Shown piece after piece: positions 56,500 to 64,000 of a stretch of 64,000 nucleotides of DNA. This DNA is from Microgenomates bacterium OLB22 (GTDB lineage Bacteria; Patescibacteriota; Microgenomatia; UBA1406; HO2-37-13b), in NCBI GenBank assembly GCA_001567515.1, contig LLEV01000005.1:132484-196483 (forward strand), in the 5' to 3' direction. Numbering within the stretch: the first letter of the stretch is position 1; every line of letters begins with the position of its first letter. The notes beneath the pieces are model-generated. The model did no database searches. It was not told the DNA's origin and was given only the letters and a program-made list of their open reading frames with translations. Both the position numbers and the translations under genes were made by a program.

Positions 56500-57603
56500 T
56501 TATGGAGAAAGGAAGTCTATAACATCTGTAAGAACTGACTGCTCCTTTGCAACGGGTAGCCCACTATCAATAGAGACGAATGCGGTGACTGGCGTCGTCA
56601 AAGGTATCAGGCCTAGTATACGATGAGTTTTCCTTCCCTTAATTTTATACACAATCTCCCCCTCTCGTTCTATAAGATCTACCACACCGGTCACAGTATC
56701 GAGTTGATCTTGGACTGTAATGCCAGTCGGAGGTGTGTCCATGCTGTTGATTATGCCGGTGGCAAGCAGATTTTGCACTGCCTCCCCAGGAAGCACTGTG
56801 ACTACCCTTTGCCCATCTGGTGTAGTGACAATTAGCTCCCTTGTCTGAGAATTGACTAATATCGGAAAATCAGTCAGCGCAGCTATCTGATATTGGGTGA
56901 GGGCCAGTTGGTGGTCGGCAGTAGGCACGAGTCGTATATCGTCTTCCTCTAATTCATCTCCTAGTTCATTTTCTAGCTCTGCCAGATCTTCATCTGCCAC
57001 ATCGACTTCCTCCCCGTCTTCATTTTCAGCTTTGAGTATCATTTGGCCGTTCACGATGATGTACTTCAGCTTTACTGCCCCATTTTCAATCTCGATCTTT
57101 GTGAGGCCATCATCCCCTACTTTGGTCTTTATCTTCTGCCCATCTGCTGTCTCAATCTCTGTCTCTTGTTTTGCGTCTTCGACCTCCATCTTCACCTTAA
57201 GGCCGTCCGGAGAGATAGTTTCTGTTTTTGACTTAGTTGAGCTCTTTGAGGTACCTGAGCTGTCCCTAGCATCAGTTTGAGCTGTTTTGTCAGATTCTTT
57301 TTGTTGTTCTTCAGCCTGTTTGGCGCTTTCCTTTTGAGCTTCTTCAGCTTGCTTTTCAGCCTCCTTTTGTTGCTCTTCCTCCTGCTTTTGTTCCACACTT
57401 TGGTCATCTTCACCCAAGACATTTGCGTTGGCTGTAAGATCTCGGGTAGTATAAATACTGGCTGCCACAGATAAGACAGTAAGTGCTAAAACTATCACTA
57501 CAAGTGGATAGGCGAACTTAGCCGCAGATGTTGAGATAAGCCTTCTTACAGATCTTTTACTACTCTTTTTATTTTTGCTGTTGGTTCTTGACACTACAGT
57601 CAT
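56500..57603 (-). CDS. membrane-anchored protein with a Glu/Lys/Gln-rich low-complexity linker
   Basis: ORF 56500..57630. ATG at 57603. Basic N-terminus plus TM, then EQKQEEEQQKEAEKQAEEAQKE... Confidence 0.55.
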   Translation of the reverse strand: MTVVSRTNSKNKKSSKRSVRRLISTSAAKFAYPLVVIVLALTVLSVAASIYTTRDLTANANVLGEDDQSVEQKQEEEQQKEAEKQAEEAQKESAKQAEEQQKESDKTAQTDARDSSGTSKSSTKSKTETISPDGLKVKMEVEDAKQETEIETADGQKIKTKVGDDGLTKIEIENGAVKLKYIIVNGQMILKAENEDGEEVDVADEDLAELENELGDELEEDDIRLVPTADHQLALTQYQIAALTDFPILVNSQTRELIVTTPDGQRVVTVLPGEAVQNLLATGIINSMDTPPTGITVQDQLDTVTGVVDLIEREGEIVYKIKGRKTHRILGLIPLTTPVTAFVSIDSGLPVAKEQSVLTDVIDFLSP

Positions 57604-57749
57604 AGTGATTGATCGCGATAGAATTGTCAAGCAATGAGGACGAACAAAGACTAAGTATCAGACCTCGGTAAAAGGCTGTAATTTAATAGTAAAGATACTA
57701 GACCTGCTCTATACCTACATCTTGATTTCTATAAAAGAGATATGCTAGC

Positions 57750-57770
57750 ATATCCCCAATGGGGGGATAT
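57750..57770. promoter_or_regulatory. candidate CsoR operator (ATATCCCC-N5-GGGGATAT)
   Basis: A GC-cored inverted repeat lies 24 nt upstream of the csoR ATG and overlaps the 16-bp palindrome GATATGCTAGCATATC (57739..57754). -10-like TATAAA at 57782..57787. Confidence 0.55.
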
Positions 57771-57793
57771 CCTTCTTAAAGTATAAATCCGCT

Positions 57794-58066
57794 ATGACAT
57801 ACAGACCAAAAGATACCAAAGAACGTATACTACACCGCCTCAAAATAGCGCAGGGCCACTTGAAGAGGGTCATGGCAATGGTAGAAGATGATGCCTATTG
57901 CATCGATGTTCTTCACCAATCTGATGCAGTCCAGAAAGCTCTCAAGGAGATTGATAGCGTCATCCTTGAGCAACACCTCAAGTCCTGCACTGCAGATGCT
58001 ATTCGTGAGGGGAGAAGTGAAGAGGCCCTGGAAGAAGTCATGAATATATTTAGAAAGAAGAGATGA
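57794..58066 (+). CDS. csoR: CsoR/RcnR-family metal-sensing repressor
   Basis: 90 aa. RLKIAQGHLKRV...YCIDVLHQ...HLKSC (C-H-C ligand pattern). Confidence 0.85.
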   Translation: MTYRPKDTKERILHRLKIAQGHLKRVMAMVEDDAYCIDVLHQSDAVQKALKEIDSVILEQHLKSCTADAIREGRSEEALEEVMNIFRKKR

Positions 58067-60285
58067 AAAAAACTTACGACATCAAGGGAATGCACTGCGC
58101 TTCGTGTGTCTATGTGGTAGAAAAAGCGCTCAAAAGTGTGACCGGTGTAAACTCTGCCGTAGTCAACCTTGCAACAAATAAGGCAACTGTCGACTGTACG
58201 GCTGAAGTAAACGAGCTTCATCTTCACGAGGCTGTAAGTAGAACTGGCTATGAACTAGTAGCACCTACGATGCCCATATCAGAACATGTTCATAGCCATA
58301 GCCAGATGGAAAGCAATGGACTGAGAGAGGATACGATCATGTCCATAGTTCTTACCATCCTCAGCATTGCGATAATGGGAGTAGATCTTTTGCTGCCACT
58401 CAACCTACCCGCAAAGGAGTTTTCACATCACCTCATGCCCCTTATGGCAACGTATATGATGTTTGTAGTTGGGCGACCATACTTAGCCGGCATTGGACGT
58501 TTTATCAAGTATAAGCGTGCCGACATGGATACCCTCGTGGGGATCGGGACGTTGGTTGCCTATCTTTATAGTTTCATCTTGTCAGCATTTGAGTTGCAGC
58601 TTCAAAAATACATTGATACGGAACATACATACTATGAAATCACGGTCATTGTAATCGGGCTCATTACTCTGGGTAAGTACCTCGAGGCACGAGCAAAGTC
58701 TCACACTTCGACTGCTATCCGCAAGCTCATCGGACTTCAGGCCAAAACAGCACGCGTGATCCGTGACGGCAAGGAAGTAGATATCCCTATTGAGGAGGTA
58801 TTGGTAGGTGATCTGATACGGGTACGTGCAGGTGAAAAAGTCCCAGTAGACGGTGTTATTGTAGAGGGGGGATCTGTGGTAGATGAATCACTGGTTACTG
58901 GGGAGAGTATGCCTGCTGATAAAGTGATAGGGTCACATGTCATAGGAGCGACAATAAATAAATCGGGGTCATTTATCATGAAAGCTACAAAAGTAGGCGC
59001 AGATACCATGCTTTCCACTATTATTCAGCTTATAGAGAGGGCTCAAGGCTCGAAAGCACCTATACAGCGTATGGCCGATGTTGTCTCATCCTACTTTGTG
59101 CCTTCTGTCCTTTTCGTAGCAGTGCTTACCCTGCTTGGTTGGCTCACATTTGGGGGGACAAATGGATTTGTGTATGGCCTCTACAGCATGATCTCAGTAC
59201 TCATCATCGCTTGTCCCTGCGCAATGGGTCTGGCAACTCCTACAGCAGTCATGGTAGGGACTGGCAAGGCCGCAGAAAATGGCATCTTGATAAAAGACGC
59301 ATATAGTCTTGAGCTGGCACACAAAGTCAACACAATCGTATTTGATAAGACAGGAACACTTACTAGGGGGGAGCCAGCAGTCACTGATATCATCCCAAAT
59401 GGCAAAGCCACAGCAAATTCAGTTTTAAAGCTAGCTATGTCTCTTGAGAAAGGCTCCGAACATTCACTCGCAGATGCGATCCTCAAAAAAGCGGAGAGTA
59501 AAAAGATACAGCCTCATGCCGTGAGCCGGTTTAAAGCTTTGGTAGGCTATGGAGTGGAGGGAATAGTAGGCAAACATAAAGCTATGCTAGGCAACAAACG
59601 ACTGATGGGACAAAAGAGAATGTGGACTATAGTGAGATACTTTCTAAGATCGAGCGCCTCGAAAAGCAAGGGAAAACAGTCATGATCCTAGTCCATGATA
59701 GTGAGGTGAAGGGATTGCTCGCAGTAGCTGATACTATCAAACCAAGTGCCAAAAAAACTATCTCAATACTACATAGAGCAGGGATAGAAACAGCGATGAT
59801 GACAGGGGGATAATCAGCAAACCGCTGATGCGATAGCACGACAAGTAGGTATCACCAAGGTGTTAGCTGAGGTACTACCACACCAGAAAGAAGCTGCAGT
59901 CCGGACGTTGCAAGGAGAAGGGAAAGTAGTGGCTATGGTCGGGGATGGTATCAATGATGCCCCGGCACTAGCAACAGCAGATGTGGGCATCGCGATGGGG
60001 TCAGGGACAGATATTGCTATGGAGACTGCAAATATCACCCTCATCAGTACTGATCTGCAGAAAGTAGCGCAGGCTGTCCAGCTTTCGCGTAAGACTATGC
60101 GCACAATAAAACTCAATCTGTTTTGGGCATTTGGCTACAATGTCCTCCTCATCCCTGTAGCAATGGGGGCCTTGTACCCTATCTGGGGGTACCTACTCAG
60201 TCCCATATTGGCCTCAGCGGCGATGACACTTTCGTCACTCTCTGTAGTCTCTAATTCGTTATTATTAAAAAGACACACGCTATGA
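58063..60285 (+). pseudogene. copA: copper-translocating P1B-type ATPase CopA, two frameshifts
   Basis: Pieces 58063..59685 (GMHCASC HMA domain, CPC, DKTGTLT), 59622..59813, and 59860..60285 (GDGINDAP). Shifts near 59601..59606 and in the G5 run at about 59806..59810 ([14 protein letters not shown] is readable once one G is removed). Confidence 0.85.
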
Positions 60286-61271
60286 TAAACATATGGACGA
60301 TATTTCTAACCGGACTATTTACTGGAGGGCTCTCGTGTCTAGCAGTACAGGGAGGGCTTTTAGCAGCCACAATAGCGCAAAATGAAGAAGAAAAGCTCAA
60401 ATCAAAGACTGCACACACGAGCGGTGCCGTGCCGATTCTTGCCTTTTTAGGGGCGAAGCTGGCAGCCTATACATTGCTTGGGTTTTTGCTTGGTTGGTTT
60501 GGGTCTCTCTTTCAGATTTCTCTAGCAATCCAAGTAGTGATGCAATTCCTCGTAGCTCTTTTTATGATCGGGACAGCACTAAATATCTTAGAGGTCCATC
60601 CTGTGTTTCGATACTTCACTATCCAACCACCCCGATTTGTCGCAAAGCTACTGAGAAATCAATCGAAGAGTAAGAGTATATTTGCCCCGGCGCTACTGGG
60701 GGCTCTAACAGTATTTATACCGTGTGGTACCACACAGGCTATGATGGCTCTATCTATCGGCTCTGCAGATCCATTTCTCGGAGCAATGATACTATTTGCC
60801 TTTGTGCTCGGGACATCGCCTCTGTTCTTTATCCTCGGTTACTTTACAACAAAGCTGAGTGAGACAATGCATCAGACCTTTATGAAATTGGCCGCAATCA
60901 CGCTCATAGTGCTTGCACTATTCAATCTGATAAATGTCTTGGCGTTGTCAGGAATTCAAATGGGCCCAGCCCCCCAGACCCTGCAAAGAGCTAAGGAAAC
61001 ACCAGTATCAGAGGCGACCATCGAATTTACACAGACAGCATATTCACCCCAGAGTATCACTGTAAAAGCTGGCTCACAGGTAACTCTCAACCTATCTAAT
61101 GTCTCCGGTAGCGGTTGTATACAGGCTTTTACTATTCCTAAGTTAGGCATTCAGCGGACGGTAGCAGTCGGAACAAAGGACCAAGTCCAATTTACAGCGC
61201 CGACACAACCCCAACAGATAGAGTTCATGTGTAGTATGGGAATGTATAGAGGTGTTATCAATGTGATCTAA
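60282..61271 (+). CDS. TauE/SafE- or DsbD-like membrane protein fused to a C-terminal cupredoxin-like domain
   Basis: 329 aa. Polytopic N-terminal part, then [17 protein letters not shown]...[11 protein letters not shown] (Cys/Met ligand-like). Confidence 0.6.
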   Translation: MINIWTIFLTGLFTGGLSCLAVQGGLLAATIAQNEEEKLKSKTAHTSGAVPILAFLGAKLAAYTLLGFLLGWFGSLFQISLAIQVVMQFLVALFMIGTALNILEVHPVFRYFTIQPPRFVAKLLRNQSKSKSIFAPALLGALTVFIPCGTTQAMMALSIGSADPFLGAMILFAFVLGTSPLFFILGYFTTKLSETMHQTFMKLAAITLIVLALFNLINVLALSGIQMGPAPQTLQRAKETPVSEATIEFTQTAYSPQSITVKAGSQVTLNLSNVSGSGCIQAFTIPKLGIQRTVAVGTKDQVQFTAPTQPQQIEFMCSMGMYRGVINVI

Positions 61272-61272
61272 C

Positions 61273-61497
61273 ATGAAGAAGATTACACTCAAGATCCAGG
61301 GGATGCATTGTGTGAGCTGCCCTATCATGATAGACGGAAAGCTAGAGGATGAGGTAGATGGAGTCCAATCAGCTCAGACTAACTATGTACAGCAAGAATG
61401 CAAAGTAGAATATGACGAGGCTGTCATCAAAGCTGAGGATATTGTGAAGGCTATTAACGAGCTAGGGTACAAGGCAGAGAAAAAGCGTAAACAATAA
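61273..61497 (+). CDS. copZ: heavy-metal-associated (HMA) copper chaperone CopZ-like
   Basis: 74 aa. GMHCVSC motif. Confidence 0.8.
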   Translation: MKKITLKIQGMHCVSCPIMIDGKLEDEVDGVQSAQTNYVQQECKVEYDEAVIKAEDIVKAINELGYKAEKKRKQ

Positions 61498-61560
61498 ATA
61501 CCTACCAGAGCAATTGAGCAAGAACCTCGATATCAAGGCTCCTCGTCCTGTTGTAAAAAC

Positions 61561-61953
61561 CTACTTGCTCCGTGCCCCCTCAACCTCTACTCGAAAACCG
61601 CCATAGGCCATCCGCTTCATATCAAATGGCACAATGAAGTCTTTATACTTCTCTGACTGCTCTTCCATCTCTTCCATGACTTTTGCATTGACCTCATCTC
61701 GGTGCTCCTTGGATCTGAAGACTATGAAAGAAAACCACACAGTTTCATCAGGTGCTGCTCCGGCCATCTCTATAAATGAACGTGCCTTTTCTCCCCCCAT
61801 TTCCGGTGGGACGAGATCATCACCTCGGCATTCGTAGTAATCGAGAGCGCCAAACTTCATCCAGCTATCACGCCCATCCTCTGCCATCTTTGTGTATTCC
61901 TCAACCTTGTCTTTTGGTACCACGAGTACAAATCCATCTACATATTTCGCCAT
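61561..61953 (-). CDS. DUF1428 family protein
   Basis: MAKYVDGFVLVVPKDKVEEY...MAYGGF is typical of DUF1428. Confidence 0.7.
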   Translation of the reverse strand: MAKYVDGFVLVVPKDKVEEYTKMAEDGRDSWMKFGALDYYECRGDDLVPPEMGGEKARSFIEMAGAAPDETVWFSFIVFRSKEHRDEVNAKVMEEMEEQSEKYKDFIVPFDMKRMAYGGFRVEVEGARSK

Positions 61954-62223
61954 ACTATATTCACCACCTTTCTTACAAACGTAGTCCGACTATTAATACT
62001 AGGTGCCTTAACATCTTGATCGTAGTTGACCTGCGGTCCTATCGTTGCCATAGGGTAATGATAGCAAATGAAGGGGCCACCGGCGAGAAAGAGAACTCAG
62101 CGGCATACTTTTATCATCTGTAGAGATGATAGTCTCCATGCAAGTCTATCAGCCGTATCGAAAGATACGATAGATAACTGTGTCGTGGTGATAGCCCACT
62201 CGATTTATGCTAAGATACTCGAG

Positions 62224-62475
62224 ATGGAAGGTGACAGTCATGATCAGCTAAGACCAAGGAGTTCTCCAGAAGGTTACTTACTCCCCTACTCTGAAATACC
62301 AAAAGATATCCCAGATCCATACTTTTTCTCACTCAGCAAGGGAAAGCACTATATTGATTATTTTGGAAGTCCTCATTCGTATGACCCGCAAGACCCCATG
62401 TTTGAGGAGCTAACGGTACGATGGAATGAGTTCAAAGTGAAGACTAGAGGAAAAAATTGTTATGTAGTAATCTAA
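62224..62475 (+). CDS. orphan protein (83 aa from ATG 62224; ORF open from 62068)
   Basis: TGcTAAGAT (62208..62216) lies 7 nt before ATG 62224. The hairpin GGCGGACC-TGG-GGTCCGCC at 62479..62497 follows the stop, with no U-tract. Confidence 0.45.
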   Translation: MEGDSHDQLRPRSSPEGYLLPYSEIPKDIPDPYFFSLSKGKHYIDYFGSPHSYDPQDPMFEELTVRWNEFKVKTRGKNCYVVI

Positions 62476-62674
62476 GGCGGCGGACCTGGGGTCCGCCCAA
62501 TTGTCCCTGATCCTAGACTTGCCATCGGTAATCACGGAGAGAAAGGGTTTATGTGGAATTTGGCATTTCGTTCAAGAATCCCAGTCTTCTCACCTGAGCC
62601 AAAAGCACAAGATGAGCTAAAAACGCCTTCGAGAGGTCGGATTTTCGCATGATCACATAGCCTACTACTATCTA

Positions 62675-63097
62675 ATGAGAATGATTCCTCAATGGCACCA
62701 ATACAAACGTCCGATTGAGTGGAGTACATTTGTGCAAGCTTATTTACGTAGGTTTGATGGTATAGATGAGTTTGGACAATTAGACTTTTCATATGAGACT
62801 ATTGCCAAGGTACATCAAGAATTGTTTCAAAGAGAATTAGATCTAAGGGATGGCAACTATTTCAATGATCTATCTGACCCTGCCCGGACAGACAATCCGA
62901 TCAACCTAATAGCAGGAATCGTAGCGAGGCTGAGAGATGAATCAGCTGTCAGATATATTGCCAACCTGTGGGAAAGGGGGAAAAGTACTTTTATCGTCTA
63001 TGGCTATGAACATGCTGTTGTTCAAGAGCCTGCACTAAGAATGCTGGTAGGGATGACCCCCCGCTCGGTCAAAGATAGAAGTAACCCCCGGAGTTAG
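62675..63097 (+). CDS. hypothetical protein (140 aa)
   Basis: ORF track, no family recognised. Confidence 0.45.
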   Translation: MRMIPQWHQYKRPIEWSTFVQAYLRRFDGIDEFGQLDFSYETIAKVHQELFQRELDLRDGNYFNDLSDPARTDNPINLIAGIVARLRDESAVRYIANLWERGKSTFIVYGYEHAVVQEPALRMLVGMTPRSVKDRSNPRS

Positions 63098-63721
63098 ATA
63101 AGCAGGAACATAGGCACATGACCCCATACTGCACAGAACAAAAAGGGGTCGACTAACGGTGTTGTGCCACACAGCTCTCGACTTTTAGTCAGTTGCGAGG
63201 CTCTTGTACTAGGAGCTTGAGATGATCGATCATTAGCATTATCACGCCTACCTGACCATGAATAACATGCCGTCCTTTAGCGAGAGATCCCCCCAATCAA
63301 TTCCATCAAAATAGTTATGTACAAAAATCATCCTCATCGTAACTTCGAAGGCTAGCCAAAAACTGCTAAATTGACTTTCCCTCACCCTTGTTACCCGTCT
63401 CATGATTCTCTCATTTTTGACAGCGTAGGATGCCTCGCTATGCTATAAGATATATATAAACACAATCAATACCAGACTATCACTAAGGAGTGGGACAACA
63501 CCCCCTGCATTACCGAGGGTTATCACGTAGGGCCCTGTTGCAAACACTAGCATATAACACCAAGGACTTCACCTACTCTTTGTCTCCTTTCTGCAAGAGT
63601 ATCAGTGTTAGGGGCTCAGCTCTAGGACATCTTATGATATATCTACACCCACCTTTCAGATAAAATTTCTCAAAGAAGATATGACCACGGATAGTTATCA
63701 CGTATTAGTGGGAAATGAGAT

Positions 63722-64000
63722 ATGGGCATGACCAAAAATCCTACAAAAACAAAACGATACATATCACTGATCATCGTTATTGGAGTAGCAATTGTATTGC
63801 TTGGGATATTTTTTTTATCAAAACTAAGGCCTCAAAATCGCCAGTATGATGACAAGTTCGGTAGTCTTACAGACAGCGAACCCTGCCCAAGTCCATTTGT
63901 TTTTCGACTCCCGATTGACATAGAGAAGGCAACATCTATCCTCTACCCCGGACAAATAAGGGGAGGAGAATTCAAAGCCCATGGCGGATTTCGATTTGAT
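63722..64000 (+). CDS. N-terminal part of a membrane-anchored protein (runs off the window)
   Basis: ATG 63722. I translated 93 codons with no stop. Basic N-terminus plus TM (YISLIIVIGVAIVLLGIFFL). Confidence 0.45.
   Translation, partial: MGMTKNPTKTKRYISLIIVIGVAIVLLGIFFLSKLRPQNRQYDDKFGSLTDSEPCPSPFVFRLPIDIEKATSILYPGQIRGGEFKAHGGFRFD

Noticed and set aside
56900-57420. Apparent DNA-level tandem repetition (GCTTCTTCAGC, TTGTTGCTCTTC...).
   Set aside because: It lies inside the CDS 56500..57603 and encodes a Glu/Lys/Gln low-complexity linker. The many small ORFs on both strands there are by-products.
62532-62792. 86-aa ORF on the minus strand.
   Set aside because: It overlaps the start of the plus-strand ORF 62675..63097, and I found no SD, promoter or terminator and no recognisable motif. 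I cannot decide between the strands, so I kept the longer plus-strand ORF at low confidence.
63098-63620. RNase P RNA on the minus strand. GAGGGAAAGTCA (complement of about 63377..63390) resembles the CR-I motif GAGGAAAGTCC. CAGGTAGGCGTGATAA resembles GGTAAGGGTGAAA. CCTGCTTAT near 63100 resembles CCGGCTTAT.
   Set aside because: The putative P4 pairing is only 5 bp. The ACAGAA motif is absent, I could not find a P1 pairing, and the 3' end would overlap the CDS 62675..63097. This needs Infernal (RF00010) before any claim.
1-64000. Alternative genetic code (UGA as Gly, code 25) or other stop-codon reassignment, as in some CPR lineages.
   Set aside because: Long conserved genes (883-aa kinase, TrpRS, GT2, M20, FAD enzyme) are intact under the standard code. 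Genes terminate with TGA, TAA and TAG. The single in-frame TAG at 6295 is isolated.
1-64000. CRISPR arrays, transposases, integrases, prophage blocks.
   Set aside because: I found no regularly spaced direct repeats and no ORF with transposase, integrase, Cas or phage-structural motifs. The only mobility trace is the 18-bp tRNA-Phe repeat.

Overview
This 64-kb chromosomal window is moderately AT-rich and uses the standard genetic code. Long conserved genes contain no in-frame TGA. I support about 85 protein-coding genes and 5 tRNAs: Cys-GCA, two with anticodon UAU, Phe-GAA and Pro-CGG. I found no rRNA, CRISPR array, transposase or integrase.

The gene content points to a small-genome bacterium with a Gram-positive-type envelope, possibly CPR/Patescibacteria (for example Saccharibacteria). 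This is inference from content only: sortase, LCP, UppP, GT2/GT4 enzymes, VKOR, a sparse housekeeping set, and many short orphan genes that carry their own promoter and terminator.

Recognisable blocks:
- MacA/MacB-type ABC efflux locus (0.9-3.8 kb)
- tRNA cluster with hairpin repeats (9.7-10.4 kb)
- truB, a MutY-like glycosylase, an AI-2E transporter and DedA (10.8-14.7 kb)
- a visibly more GC-rich segment (19.4-28.1 kb, described next)
- RnfD-like / FMN-binding / ApbE flavinylation module (29.8-32.1 kb)
- mini-LPXTG / sortase / processive GT2 operon (40.2-42.2 kb)
- csoR-copA-(TauE-cupredoxin)-copZ copper locus (57.8-61.5 kb)

The best candidate for a new system lies on the minus strand at 19.4-24.9 kb. 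A Nudix-related regulator (NrtR-like) is followed by a perfect palindrome with an NrtR-type core that overlaps the -35 box of a promoter. That promoter drives three genes:
1. a single 883-aa protein fusing a PP2C phosphatase, a Ser/Thr kinase, a zinc ribbon and a beta-rich module
2. a PncA-type nicotinamidase homologue
3. a TerY-like vWA/MIDAS protein

This reads as an NAD/ADP-ribose-linked variant of the vWA + PP2C + kinase 'TerY-P triad'.

Caveat: about 17 genes have broken reading frames, mostly at A/T homopolymers. Assembly error is therefore a serious alternative to real pseudogenes. All calls come from reading the sequence and ORF track by eye. No searches or computations were run, and GC statements are visual impressions only.
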